Source: Cladosporium halotolerans (taxonomy: Eukaryota). Taken from it: DNA of 64,000 nt. Positions 1 to 10,449 of the stretch are shown in pieces. Location of the stretch: assembly GCF_011745625.1 (NCBI RefSeq), contig NW_027191470.1, positions 372,001 to 436,000 on the forward strand, in the 5' to 3' direction. Within the stretch, counting starts at the first letter, position 1. Each line of letters begins with the position of its first letter. The translations under genes and the position numbers were made by a program. The notes under the pieces were generated by a model. It saw nothing but the letters and a program-made list of their open reading frames with translations. It had not been told where the DNA came from and made no database searches.

Positions 1-1832
1 TCGTCCGCGGCGTCGTCGAGGAGCTCGTTGCCACCATCAGCGTCGTCATCCTCACCAGCTTCTTCGTCCCCACTCTGGTCATAGTAATCTTCATCTTCAG
101 TCTCATCATCACTCGCCTCCATGTTGCCTTCACTTTTCGCCTCCTTGTTTGCAGCCTTCTCCGCCTTTCTGAGATTCTGCGCATCCAGACGGGCCTTTTC
201 CAACAGATTTTCGAACTCCTCTGCTTCTTTCTCTTTCTCCTCGGCCGTCTGGATCACAATACCTTTGACCTTCAACTCCGCAAGGCGTTCCTGCTGCGCT
301 TCAAAAGCCTGCTCACGCGCCTTCTTTCGGAGTCGAGCTTCTAGCACTTGCGGGTGGACTGAGGGTTTGACGTTTGTAGGCCTGTTCGGTTTCGCGTCGG
401 TGTGGCCTAGGTGGGAAAGATGGCGGAGGTTGTGGATTGCGCTGGAGTGTGCTTCTTGCTTCTTGATCGGTTTGACTCGATCGAAAACTTGGAGGTGCTT
501 CGGCAAGGGTTGCAAAACCTCAAGATCGTCATCGCTTTCGTCGTCTCTGTAGGTTTGAGGTGCAGACTTCCTGCCCCAGCGAGCAATTTTGGAGCCTTGC
601 TCACGCGACGCCGAAGGCTCGGTGACGTCTGCTTCTTGTTTTCGCCGGGTGGGGGACTTGACAATTTTGTCGACATCCAGCAGCTCCTGCTGATCTTCTT
701 CGGCGGCCATGCTTGTGAGTGTGTCTTCGCGCACAGGAATCATCTTGGTGAGTGCGCCTCTCTCGACAAGCATTCTCTGTTTGTCAAATGGAGTGGGAGG
801 GCTCGACGGAGGTGTTGAGACGGGTTCTTTGGGCGGACCGCCGGGAGATGCTTCGATGCCGTCGCTGCTAGGCATCGACGATGAAGGCTTGTCGGCTTGT
901 ACCGCCTGATCCTGAGGCTGTCGAAAGTTGAACCGTGCTAGCAAGTCAGACGTGCTGAACTTTTTCTTGACTTTGATTTGATGCGCTAATGCTTGCTGAC
1001 GAGCCAGCCTCTGTGTTTCCCGTTCCATCTCCAGCATGGCCTTCTTGCTGGCTTTGCGAGTAGGTCTCGCGGCATCGGAAAGGATTCGATCAACATCAGG
1101 ATTTGCGGGAGCATCCTGAGAGCCCTGGAAGACTTCTTCAGGAAGATCAGAAGATACGTGCTCTGCCGCAGATTCGGCGTTGGTCTTCCGAGCCTTGTCG
1201 TTCTTCCGTTTCTCGTTTTCCTTAGCAAGACGTTCCGCTCGCTTCTGTGCGACTAGTTCAGCCAGTCGGTTTGGTCCAGGCAAGTCGTCCTCTCCGTCAC
1301 TGTCTTCCAGAGTCGTCTTTGCCGGGCTCACGAATAGACCTGTCCCTCTTTGGCTCTGCGATCCAAGAGGAGAGCCAGACCCAGTTCGCTCGGGGACATC
1401 GCGTCTTCGTTTGCTGCTGGAGTTTCTAAGTGGTGTGGCGGAGTACAAATCGTTCTCACTGTCCGCCTCAGAATCTTTTCCTGGCCCACCAATGCCCAGC
1501 ATCCTCCTCGCAGCCCGACCCTGAGGCCTTCTGACGATCCCCTCGTCTTCCTCAGCTTCAGAGTTTGGGTGAGACGAGGTGCGCGTTGCGGGTGCAGATC
1601 TTGTGGGTGATTCACCAGACAGTTCGTCTCCATCCTCGCTATCGTCCTGAAATGGCCCGGACGAGATTGTGTTGGGTTGCACTGTCGAGCGCTCAGTAGG
1701 AGGCGAGGGCGTAGGCGCCTCATCGATTTCGGCAAGCATCTTGTTAATCTTGGACCGCGGGCTTAGGTAGTCGTCGCCCAGATCAATGGCATCCTGATCG
1801 GATGGCGGCGGCGATGAGCGTTCGGCCGCCAT
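1..1832 (-). CDS. MRC1: Replication checkpoint mediator Mrc1/claspin-like protein, N-terminal part; runs off the window start
   Basis: Absent from the ORF track because no stop lies in the window. ATG at 1832 gives MAAERSSPPPSDQDAIDLGDDYLSPRSKINKML, and the codon phase matches position 3. Contains RKASKKAMLEMERETQRLARQQALAHQIKVKKK and LKVKGIVIQTAEEKEKE plus acidic tracts, as in fungal Mrc1. MCB box upstream. Confidence 0.8.
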   Translation of the reverse strand, partial: MAAERSSPPPSDQDAIDLGDDYLSPRSKINKMLAEIDEAPTPSPPTERSTVQPNTISSGPFQDDSEDGDELSGESPTRSAPATRTSSHPNSEAEEDEGIVRRPQGRAARRMLGIGGPGKDSEADSENDLYSATPLRNSSSKRRRDVPERTGSGSPLGSQSQRGTGLFVSPAKTTLEDSDGEDDLPGPNRLAELVAQKRAERLAKENEKRKNDKARKTNAESAAEHVSSDLPEEVFQGSQDAPANPDVDRILSDAARPTRKASKKAMLEMERETQRLARQQALAHQIKVKKKFSTSDLLARFNFRQPQDQAVQADKPSSSMPSSDGIEASPGGPPKEPVSTPPSSPPTPFDKQRMLVERGALTKMIPVREDTLTSMAAEEDQQELLDVDKIVKSPTRRKQEADVTEPSASREQGSKIARWGRKSAPQTYRDDESDDDLEVLQPLPKHLQVFDRVKPIKKQEAHSSAIHNLRHLSHLGHTDAKPNRPTNVKPSVHPQVLEARLRKKAREQAFEAQQERLAELKVKGIVIQTAEEKEKEAEEFENLLEKARLDAQNLRKAEKAANKEAKSEGNMEASDDETEDEDYYDQSGDEEAGEDDDADGGNELLDDAAD

Positions 1833-2024
1833 TGTCGGAGAAGAGGCCTGCCGACCCGCAATTCCTGATATATTGGCAATTGCTTATTGCAGATGATGGA
1901 GTCGAATTCGAATTTGTTTTTGCCGTGTGGGTGTGGTGCGTGAATACAGAGGTAGTGTAGGTGGTGGTAAGAGAGCTCGAGGTCTGGCTGGACGTTGGAG
2001 CCCGGCGCGGGCGCGTCGCTGGGC

Positions 2025-2041
2025 ACGCGTTTTCACGCGAA
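2025..2041. promoter_or_regulatory. MCB (ACGCGT) box plus adjacent CGCGAA in the MRC1/PPR divergent promoter
   Basis: ACGCGT at 2025-2030 followed by TTTCACGCGAA, about 200 bp upstream of the MRC1 ATG. MRC1 is a classic G1/S MBF target in yeasts. Confidence 0.55.
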
Positions 2042-2266
2042 GACAGCGCGCACCAGCGAGGGGCACGTCACTTGCAAAGAGCGCATCGCGAGTCATGTGC
2101 CCCGATGCCTTTCCTTTTCGGGACGACTTCCGCATAAAAGCTGCGGTTGTACCCTTGGGGTTCTCTCTACACGGATCGCCCACGCTCTGTCCTGTTCTGT
2201 CCGGCCTTGCCATATCCTCTCACCTTCTTGTCCACGGCTGCGTGCGCGTGCGATGACATTCCTTTT

Positions 2267-5056
2267 ATGTCCACAAATGCTGTCTCTTTGAGACGCATCC
2301 TGCGCTCTATCGGCTCCAAACCAGCATCCCTAGGCCAGGCCTCCCGAGCGAATTCAACCCTTCGGCGAAAGACCCTCCAGTTCAGCACACAAGCGAAGCC
2401 ACAGGCATCTGCTCAGGTCGGAACATGCAACGATGCATCCCACCTTCAGTGCCGACCTGGCGAGTCTGACCAGCATCAAGGCATCCGGCCTGCTGCACAG
2501 GCTGAAACAGATCACGGAGAAGCTGCATTCGGCCCAGTTGGAAACAACAGACCCGACAGAACACCGGGAAGTCATGCAGGAGTTGGAGGGCTTCATGTTG
2601 GAAGTTCGCGCTCGGCGCTGGGAGAGCATGAGAAAGGAGAGACTCTTGCGGATGCGAACAAGGCACAGCATTCGTCTGAGCAATGTGAAGAACCTTCGTT
2701 GCTCTCCCGGGGAAAGTCTTTCCGCAAGACATACAGTAATGCGCACCGCCAGCGAGACGGCAGCGAATTGCGTCTCGCGGAAACGGGCGCACGAAACCGC
2801 AATCACTACAGCAAAGCGCCCATGAAGTTCGAAAACATTATCAGCAGCGCGGCACACCGCGAGCGAAACGGTAGCCAGTCACGTCTCACGGAAATGGGCG
2901 AACTGTCGCCACAATACCGCAAGGCCCTCAAAACTCGCCAACACAGGCGCATGCAGCAACAAGCTCGCCGTCGCCAGCTTGCGAACGAGCGTAATGAATA
3001 TGAGGAGGAGCTAGCATGGCAGGACATCCTTCACTTGCTTGAGCAGGAGAGTCTTCAAGGTGCAAAGCAGTACGTCAACCGTTTAGAGAGTATACAACTC
3101 CCTGAAGGCGTAACTGCGCAATGGACAGGCGATCCGCGCGAGTCGATCGTGGAAATTATGCAGCGAACCGGCAGTCATGTACAGGTGGTGCCGGGACGGT
3201 CACCCAATGTTTTCTCCCAATTGACTCTTTTGGGCAAGCCTGTCCAGAACGCCGCAGCCAAACGCCTCCTGCAAGACTCGCAACTACTACGTGTTGTAAG
3301 TTCAGACGAGATCAGCACTATGGAGTCTCTTGCGGGCCTTGAACTACGATCCGAGGTTGTCGATGGTGGCGACAAACCTTCTGGAGAAGAAGATCTTCCC
3401 TGCGAGCTGGATGAAATCGATGCGACATTGCTTTCCAATGCCGTGGCCGAGATTCTGGAGCAGCCAAAGCCCAGGGCAGTCTGGACACTAGGACGGACTC
3501 GGAAACGCCGCGTGACTCCTCGGGAGAAACAGAACGAAGACGATCTCGATAAATCCCGGACCTCCCTGGCAACCCGGTCCGTCGTGTCTTTTACGGCTGC
3601 TATTGAAGATCTTACGACTGAGCAAGCTCCAGGGCCCTTTGTCTTGCCAAAGCATTCCTTCAACCACACGGAAACTGTACGCGACGAGCTTGTAACGCTT
3701 CTTACAAGCCCCCGATACTTTCACCTAATTAGCGTGCAGGCTTTGTCCGCGGCCATGCATTATTTGTCTAAGCACATGCACTTTTCTGCCGTTCGGGACA
3801 TTTTCAATGCCTTGACCGACGTCGAGTTGTACCTGAACGCAGATGCTTTCAATCCACTGCTGGCAGCAGCTGCCAAGAGCGAGAACGTTCTTGCTTTCCA
3901 TTACGTTGTCCACGTAATGCGCAAACGGGGTGTCATCCCGAATATCGACACGTGGAAATATTTTATCACCCTACTCTTGAAGCGCTTCCCCGACGAAGCT
4001 GGCCCAGTCCTCAATCGCATGCAAAACAAGGCAATTCAGGCGAATCTTTCGGTGGTAATTAACACTTTCGAAGAGTACGCTGTTGTGCTTTTCGCTAGCT
4101 ACATGGAAGCCTATCCTGGGGCTTCAGTGAAAAGTTACGTTGCCAAGATGAATCGCGACTTGCCCGGCATTAGTTGGCTCACGACATTCACCGTCAACAA
4201 AATTTGTCAGAGTCTCCTCATAGAAGGTAAAACGAAGCAAGCGTATGATTTCTTGGATGAGCTTGTGCGTTCGGGCGGAGTGCCAAACAGCCGGACCTTG
4301 AACACGTTCCTTTCCGCTGCCCGGAAGGACGAAAGCATGGAGATGGCTGTTGCGGTGCTCCGCAAGTTCCACCAGCTCAGCCACTCCCCGATCCCAGGGC
4401 GCCAGCACAGCCTTTCCATTGCGTTGAACGCAATCGGTGCTAAGCAGCTTTGCGACATCGCCCGGGAACGACGGTACTACAACTGCTACCGCGTGTTCTG
4501 GCGTTACGCTTGCTGTGCCGGTATTTTGACTCGGGGCATCATCGCGCCCATGTGGGAAGGCATCCAGCGAGCGAGCTTGTCATTGTCCAGCCAGCTAAGT
4601 ACCAGGGCCGCGGAGACCAGTTGGACGCATGTCTCCAGAGCAGACTTGTGGAAAGCTCTAGGACCGAGATTCGCCATCGGCATTCGATCCGAGGAAGGCC
4701 CTTTCCAAGGCGCCCCCACTTCAGTGGCTGCGGTCGCGGACAACGCCGCGAGCCCTGATAGCGGCAGAGATGCTTTAAATGATGCGGATCAGCAAGAAAC
4801 GATCGCGGAGTGGCAAAGAATGAAAGCCTTGTTACAAGCGGACCTTGTTGCGGCGCGCGCACTGCGTCCGACGAGGCCTCTTGTCGACTTAGCAGAGGAA
4901 GCCTTTCTCAAAGACAAGAACTGGAAGACTAATGAGCTGGGTTTGCCCAGAGGATTGAGGACAGAGAAATTTGGACATAAGATGTTCGACATTATGACAC
5001 AATACGGCATTGAGGTGAAAGTAAAAGAGGGCGACGCTACTGATGCGAAAGTGTAA
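2267..5056 (+). CDS. Pentatricopeptide-repeat (PPR) protein, probably mitochondrial RNA-binding
   Basis: ORF 2147-5056 with first ATG at 2267. The N-terminus (MSTNAVSLRRILRSIGSK) is basic and Ser-rich, like a presequence. PPR-like helices FNPLLAAAAKSENVLAFHYVVHVMRKRGVIPNIDTW and GGVPNSRTLNTFLSAARK. Confidence 0.75.
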   Translation: MSTNAVSLRRILRSIGSKPASLGQASRANSTLRRKTLQFSTQAKPQASAQVGTCNDASHLQCRPGESDQHQGIRPAAQAETDHGEAAFGPVGNNRPDRTPGSHAGVGGLHVGSSRSALGEHEKGETLADANKAQHSSEQCEEPSLLSRGKSFRKTYSNAHRQRDGSELRLAETGARNRNHYSKAPMKFENIISSAAHRERNGSQSRLTEMGELSPQYRKALKTRQHRRMQQQARRRQLANERNEYEEELAWQDILHLLEQESLQGAKQYVNRLESIQLPEGVTAQWTGDPRESIVEIMQRTGSHVQVVPGRSPNVFSQLTLLGKPVQNAAAKRLLQDSQLLRVVSSDEISTMESLAGLELRSEVVDGGDKPSGEEDLPCELDEIDATLLSNAVAEILEQPKPRAVWTLGRTRKRRVTPREKQNEDDLDKSRTSLATRSVVSFTAAIEDLTTEQAPGPFVLPKHSFNHTETVRDELVTLLTSPRYFHLISVQALSAAMHYLSKHMHFSAVRDIFNALTDVELYLNADAFNPLLAAAAKSENVLAFHYVVHVMRKRGVIPNIDTWKYFITLLLKRFPDEAGPVLNRMQNKAIQANLSVVINTFEEYAVVLFASYMEAYPGASVKSYVAKMNRDLPGISWLTTFTVNKICQSLLIEGKTKQAYDFLDELVRSGGVPNSRTLNTFLSAARKDESMEMAVAVLRKFHQLSHSPIPGRQHSLSIALNAIGAKQLCDIARERRYYNCYRVFWRYACCAGILTRGIIAPMWEGIQRASLSLSSQLSTRAAETSWTHVSRADLWKALGPRFAIGIRSEEGPFQGAPTSVAAVADNAASPDSGRDALNDADQQETIAEWQRMKALLQADLVAARALRPTRPLVDLAEEAFLKDKNWKTNELGLPRGLRTEKFGHKMFDIMTQYGIEVKVKEGDATDAKV

Positions 5057-5201
5057 GATACACGCTGTGAAACCTGTATAGCCATGTATAACCATCTCTC
5101 CTACTAGCAGCAACAGAGATCTTGAAGTATGGTCTGGCGGTGACGGAGATAAAACTACTGCTTTGTCGAACATAAACCCTCCTCGAAACGACATCAGATG
5201 T

Positions 5202-8200
5202 TCATTTCTTGTCTGCACAAATAGGACAACTATACACCGCCCCTCCCTCTCCCCCCTCCACTCGGCCCTCTCCCTTGCCCGACTCATCCAAGCACACCTT
5301 GTGGAACACATGCCTGCAAGCAAACACAACCAAAGCTAACCTCTTCCTATCCTCACCCATCATCTCATCGATCCTCCGCGCCGCCCCATCCGCCACAACC
5401 GTCGCCCGGCCCTTTCCCCTCGACCGCCTCCTCGCCTCATCGCCCCCACTGCGCTCCACAGCCTTCTCCGCCCTCGCCCGTTCGCGATCCTGCTCGCGCC
5501 CAACCCACTCGTCCCAGACGACCTCGCCGATGGCGGGGCCCCAGGCGCGGCGCTTGCAGAGCTCGCAGACCTGGGAGCGCGGGCGCCAGCCGCGCTGGCG
5601 GCGCTCGTGGGCGTCGTGGATCTCGGCGAAGACGTCGCCGCCGAGCAGGTCGGTCGCGAGCGCCAGCACGTTCTGCTCGAAGGCGTACGCGCTGAAGATG
5701 TCGGCGAGGACGTCGCGGAGGTCGGAGAGCGAGGGCGCGGTGGTCGCGGCGCGGGTGAGGAAGGCGCGCAGGACGCGCAGGAAGGAGAGGTTGTCGTTGT
5801 GGGGGTGTGGGCGGGAGGGTGGATGTTGGGCTTGGGGGGTTGGTTGTTTGGGGACTTGGGCGGCTGTTGCTGCGAGCAGGGCGGTGAAGGTTTGTTGCAC
5901 GTTTGCTCGCAGCTCGGAGCGGATGGATTCTGGGTCCAGGCTGGCGGTGTTGTTTTCCCACGGGTGGTCTTCGAGGTGTTGCAAGGAGGCCGAGGCTTCC
6001 TTGGTGACTTGTACGATTGCGTCGACCAAATTCAGCCAAAGGAACTCGTCAAGATCGAGCTCGTTCTCATCGATGTCCTTTGCAAGGCTTGTTCGGGGCC
6101 GTGGCCGGCGCTCTGTTGTCGCGGTCTGCCCTTGACAAAGCCAAATGCCCACCTTGGTATATTTCTGCACAGCCTCGACGAGGTCATCAGCGGTCTCTCT
6201 TGTAGCTTGGGCATCCGGAGAGTCGCCCGCCGCCTCTATTAAGCTTGTTAACGCGTGTTGTTGACTTTGCACATGTGCAACGAGGCGGTCCATAGCATCC
6301 CGTGTCAAACCGTCGCGGGCAAGCAACACCACAGCAGCGTCAATGACGCCGCTCTCCTCCATCGCTGGCAAGACTCGGTCGAGCCGGAGATCGCCCGACT
6401 GTAAGAGACCAACATAGTCTGCGACATGTCCAGGCTCGTGGGCGCACATGAGCTGCACATATCTCTCCTGGAATGTGTGCCTGACATTGTCCGGCAGCTC
6501 TTGTTGAGTCCTTAATGATGTGTCGGCTTGAATGAGTTTCGGCTCCAGCAATGTACGAAGGAACACAAATTGCTGGTAGGAGTCCGGCAAAGCCTTCGCG
6601 CTCGGCTCTAGCAAGTCTCCTGCGCTGTACAGTAATGCTCTTGCGGTTTGAATTACACTTATATCCGCCAGATCAACCGCATGGGACACGACGGATTGTT
6701 TGAAGGATTGCACCTGCTTCTGGCCGAGACCAGCACTTGGTCCTAGGTAAGAAGTGATGCAGTCGAAGACACCGTCTTTGTCTTCATAGTCCTCAAAATA
6801 CGTCTCGAAGAGCTCGGTGTACAGCTTTTGCCTTCGATAAACCGTCTTCAGCACTCTGAAAAAGCCCGCCTGTTTCAAGGCGTCTATTACTGCCCGGGTG
6901 TCTGGAGGCTGGTAGGCTGATAAAAGGTATTCTGCACTCAGCTGGCAGTCTTCGCGAAGCTCCTCAGAGGGAACTTCGCAAAGCCTCTGCAGAACGTTGT
7001 TGAGAAGCGATCCAGAGAGCACAAGCTGGGCAGGGTATTTCGGGAGACTGCGCGCGATGAAAATGTCCAAGAATATTGTTTCCTCGGGTTCGAAGTCGTT
7101 GTGATTCATGACGTCCAGCAGAATACTGACGATGTGCTGGCGCGTCATCTTGTAGCCTGAACGACTGCTTATACCGTTTGTCTGAGCAATGCCGTTCGAC
7201 TGTGAATCCTCGTCCAGCTCATTGAGGAACGGGTCTTCGAATGCTTCGTTCAGCATGCTCATGAAGCTTGCCGCATCGAAGCGCAGTAGGAGGACAAGAT
7301 AGGGGAAAGCTGGCTCGTCCAGAGGGTCAGCGATGTGGAAAACCCGCTTGCTCCCAGATGGCCAAGCGGTTGGTCTTCCGGAAAACAGATACTCAAACAA
7401 GTCCGCTTTTGCATGCGATGCCTCGTCATCGCTCATGAGATCACCATTTGGGTACAGCCTGCTCGTGAAGGCGAAGGCGAGGTAAGGAAAGACTCTCATT
7501 GCTGCTGCGAAGAATGGATTTTCCATTGAATGCTCAGCCTCGCTGCCGGCTTGAAGCAGCTTGACGAGCTGCAGCAAGTCAACGAGAGGCGTGACAAAAT
7601 CTCGGATGGCTCTGGTCCAGACGTGTATGAGAGCGTCATACAAATTGTGCTGCCGGCAGAGCATAGTGATCTCCTCGAGGTCGAAGGATGTTGGCTCCAA
7701 CCTGCAAAGCAACTCCTCTAGTCTCGCTGCCTCGTTCTGTGAGATGAAGTGTGCCACCACGCTTTTCACAATATCGGGCGGAAGAAGACTCAGATCGCCG
7801 TCAAGTACGTAAGGCTCAAGAGTCGATACGAAGACGTCTTCGTCGTCGGTCTCCTGGAACGCCTCAAAGAGTTTACCGAACAAGTATTCTGTCTCGTTCA
7901 TGCTAATGCACGCATCAAAGCATACATCTGCAAGCTCTTTCAGTCGATCATCCCTTGACCCGTCTTGTTGTGCAAACGAATAATCCATCGACGCTGACAG
8001 CATCGCGAGCAGACGTTCTCTAACCATCTCGTGGCGCGTATCATCGTCATCTGGCAGGCCGACAGTGACATTATTGGCAACACCACTGTAGTAATCAGTA
8101 GCGAGTCGGATAGCAGCAATGTGGTCTCCAGTCTCCATAAGAGCAATCAAGCGATCGGCCCAATTGGATAGCGAGCCCACTGTTAGGTCGTTGAAACCTA

Positions 8201-10103
8201 AGAGAAAGGTCCGACCTTTGTATGTTTTGAAGCTCATGTAGAATGCGTCCGCAACGACGCCGTGCATTGACGGGTCTTCTGGGTTAAGCTGCTCGACCAC
8301 GTTGTGCAGTTGCCTTGAAAATAGGTCTTGGTGATACATGTGACGATGCAGTAAGTCGATAGAATCGGTCACTTGTAGATTGCCGTCCTCAAGAATCAAC
8401 ATGCGCTGACTGATCGTGAGCACGCCGAGCACTGATCGTCCCAGCCATTGTACGGCGACAATGGCTTCCTCTGCTCTCCAGCGACTCCGTGCATTGAACT
8501 CCAACTTGGGCGGCTTATTCTTCGCGGTGTCGTCATCTTGAGGCAGCACTTCAACATCAAGCACTGTAAGAACATTCGACCAGCAGTACACCAGCTTTGT
8601 CTTCGAGACTTGCTTCTCGGAGTCTTTGCTGGAACTCTTCAGCTTGACAGCTGGGAACCACGCAAGACAGCCGCTCAAAGTGCTGTGAGGCGACACATCC
8701 TTCGGTCGCGCGCTTTTGTGCTGTGTCTGCGCTATAGGTGTAGTCGACACAATGACCAATAGGTATGGCGTCAGCAGAGCGGTCAAGCCCATGTTGTCTG
8801 TCTCCTGCTCTACATTGCCAAGTGGCAATGGAGCGAATGCCAGCACCGAGCTCGGTTTGCGGCTGCGCTCGGTTTTGGGGTCAGAAGACGGGTAGCGGCC
8901 TAGGAGGCGGGTGGTCTTGATGGTTCGTGTGACTGGACCCAAGCCCCTCGTGGCTAGATGTGAGAATGCCATGCCACCAGAGTCCGCAGATACAAGCGCA
9001 GTATGCCGTGTTCCTAGGAATCCAATATGAAGGATTGCACGATCGGCCACATGCCCATCTGGATGCTGAGATTGTTTGACGGCGCTAATGCTCACAGGCG
9101 GTATCTGCAGGAACGGCCTGGCTGGACGATTGATCTCCCATGTGAAGATGAAACCATTGGCATGCCCAGCTGCGATTGTCGAATAATCAGCCGCAATGGC
9201 TAAAGCAGTGACACTGCCGCATTCCGCTGCCTTCATTCCCTGCCCGATGATGATCTTGAGTGTTTGATGGTAATCAAATCCCAAGACTAGGCCTTTCGAT
9301 GTTCCAACCGCAATCAAAGCTGAGACGGCCAGACAAGTTGGTCTGCCGAAGTTCCGCTTTCCTATTTCAGAGAACACTTGACCAGTGATCTTGCGCAGCT
9401 TTGTCCATCTCACAACTTCCCACGGAGCCTGCTGTGGCTCATCTGACGTGGCATCGCCTTGCGAAGATCCCAGGGGAGACAGTTGTGAGGACAGAGATAC
9501 TTGTCTCGAGTGTGGCGAGAGGAAGGCGGGCGAAGCCCCTCGCGATGAGGGCGACGGAGACAACGATGGCCTACCCTCAAATCTCCTTTCGAAGGGCTGT
9601 AGCGCTCCAGATGCTGTTCGCGACGGGAACTTCCGCGGTGTTGATTGAAGACTCCGGCCGGGTGTAGATATCTGAGATCCTTGTATTGAAGGTGTATCGT
9701 CAGGTATCGAGCCAGAATCTATCGGGCTGTCAAGTGGAGACCGTGCAATTGGCGTAGCTGGATCGGGGGGGAGGTCTATGGGGGCTTCATCCGGCGTGGC
9801 CGGTCGCTCGTATTCAAGTTGAGGGATGTCCTGATCCTGATCTCCAGACTGCAGTCCCTCGTCCATGCCCGTATCTTCGCCTTCGAGGACCTCTCCCTCG
9901 AAGGTCTCTCCCTCTAGCTCATCTTCCAATGTCGAAGGCTCCTCTCCGGCACCGTAAAACTCCTGCTCTTCGGAGCTATCGCCGCCATCCACGTCCTCCA
10001 CCATCACGTCCGGAGCTCTTGCTTCTCCTGCCCGCGCTGACTCGTCTGCCTCCACATCCTCATTCTGGGCGCTTGCGTCGCTGCCGCTCAAGATTGAGCT
10101 CAT
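5202..10103 (-). CDS. VPS8: CORVET complex subunit Vps8
   Basis: About 1630 aa intronless ORF, first ATG at 10103. WD-like region (FGRPTCLAVSALIAVGTSKGLVLGFDYHQ), Vps8 core (LSNWADRLIALMETGDHIAAIRLATDYY) and a C-terminal RING (CELCKRR...FACRHVFHKVC...CPIC). Confidence 0.92.
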   Translation of the reverse strand: MSSILSGSDASAQNEDVEADESARAGEARAPDVMVEDVDGGDSSEEQEFYGAGEEPSTLEDELEGETFEGEVLEGEDTGMDEGLQSGDQDQDIPQLEYERPATPDEAPIDLPPDPATPIARSPLDSPIDSGSIPDDTPSIQGSQISTPGRSLQSTPRKFPSRTASGALQPFERRFEGRPSLSPSPSSRGASPAFLSPHSRQVSLSSQLSPLGSSQGDATSDEPQQAPWEVVRWTKLRKITGQVFSEIGKRNFGRPTCLAVSALIAVGTSKGLVLGFDYHQTLKIIIGQGMKAAECGSVTALAIAADYSTIAAGHANGFIFTWEINRPARPFLQIPPVSISAVKQSQHPDGHVADRAILHIGFLGTRHTALVSADSGGMAFSHLATRGLGPVTRTIKTTRLLGRYPSSDPKTERSRKPSSVLAFAPLPLGNVEQETDNMGLTALLTPYLLVIVSTTPIAQTQHKSARPKDVSPHSTLSGCLAWFPAVKLKSSSKDSEKQVSKTKLVYCWSNVLTVLDVEVLPQDDDTAKNKPPKLEFNARSRWRAEEAIVAVQWLGRSVLGVLTISQRMLILEDGNLQVTDSIDLLHRHMYHQDLFSRQLHNVVEQLNPEDPSMHGVVADAFYMSFKTYKGRTFLLGFNDLTVGSLSNWADRLIALMETGDHIAAIRLATDYYSGVANNVTVGLPDDDDTRHEMVRERLLAMLSASMDYSFAQQDGSRDDRLKELADVCFDACISMNETEYLFGKLFEAFQETDDEDVFVSTLEPYVLDGDLSLLPPDIVKSVVAHFISQNEAARLEELLCRLEPTSFDLEEITMLCRQHNLYDALIHVWTRAIRDFVTPLVDLLQLVKLLQAGSEAEHSMENPFFAAAMRVFPYLAFAFTSRLYPNGDLMSDDEASHAKADLFEYLFSGRPTAWPSGSKRVFHIADPLDEPAFPYLVLLLRFDAASFMSMLNEAFEDPFLNELDEDSQSNGIAQTNGISSRSGYKMTRQHIVSILLDVMNHNDFEPEETIFLDIFIARSLPKYPAQLVLSGSLLNNVLQRLCEVPSEELREDCQLSAEYLLSAYQPPDTRAVIDALKQAGFFRVLKTVYRRQKLYTELFETYFEDYEDKDGVFDCITSYLGPSAGLGQKQVQSFKQSVVSHAVDLADISVIQTARALLYSAGDLLEPSAKALPDSYQQFVFLRTLLEPKLIQADTSLRTQQELPDNVRHTFQERYVQLMCAHEPGHVADYVGLLQSGDLRLDRVLPAMEESGVIDAAVVLLARDGLTRDAMDRLVAHVQSQQHALTSLIEAAGDSPDAQATRETADDLVEAVQKYTKVGIWLCQGQTATTERRPRPRTSLAKDIDENELDLDEFLWLNLVDAIVQVTKEASASLQHLEDHPWENNTASLDPESIRSELRANVQQTFTALLAATAAQVPKQPTPQAQHPPSRPHPHNDNLSFLRVLRAFLTRAATTAPSLSDLRDVLADIFSAYAFEQNVLALATDLLGGDVFAEIHDAHERRQRGWRPRSQVCELCKRRAWGPAIGEVVWDEWVGREQDRERARAEKAVERSGGDEARRRSRGKGRATVVADGAARRIDEMMGEDRKRLALVVFACRHVFHKVCLDESGKGEGRVEGGEGGAVYSCPICADKK

Positions 10104-10449
10104 CTGCGTCTCCAGTAGTTGCGCATTGCTTCTCCAGCTAAGTGTTTGGGCTTCCAAGGAAGGGTCTCAGGTGTAGTTCGCAGGCGGCTGGGTTCGGCAG
10201 GAGCAATCGGCGCCTAAGAGATTCGAGAAGGCTTCCAACAGAAGTCAAAAAAACAAACACGCTATCGCATATCAAGCAGAGTACAGTTCGTCTGATAGTT
10301 CACGGCATTGACGGCAACGTCGTTGAGCGAGAGGATCTAGCTGCCTCAAGCGGGCCGCTTGGCGTCGATGGCGGAGCAAACACCCAGCTTCATCGTCACT
10401 GCCACCCGTCACTCTAAAGTAAATATCTTTCACCCTCACGCTGCTCAAT

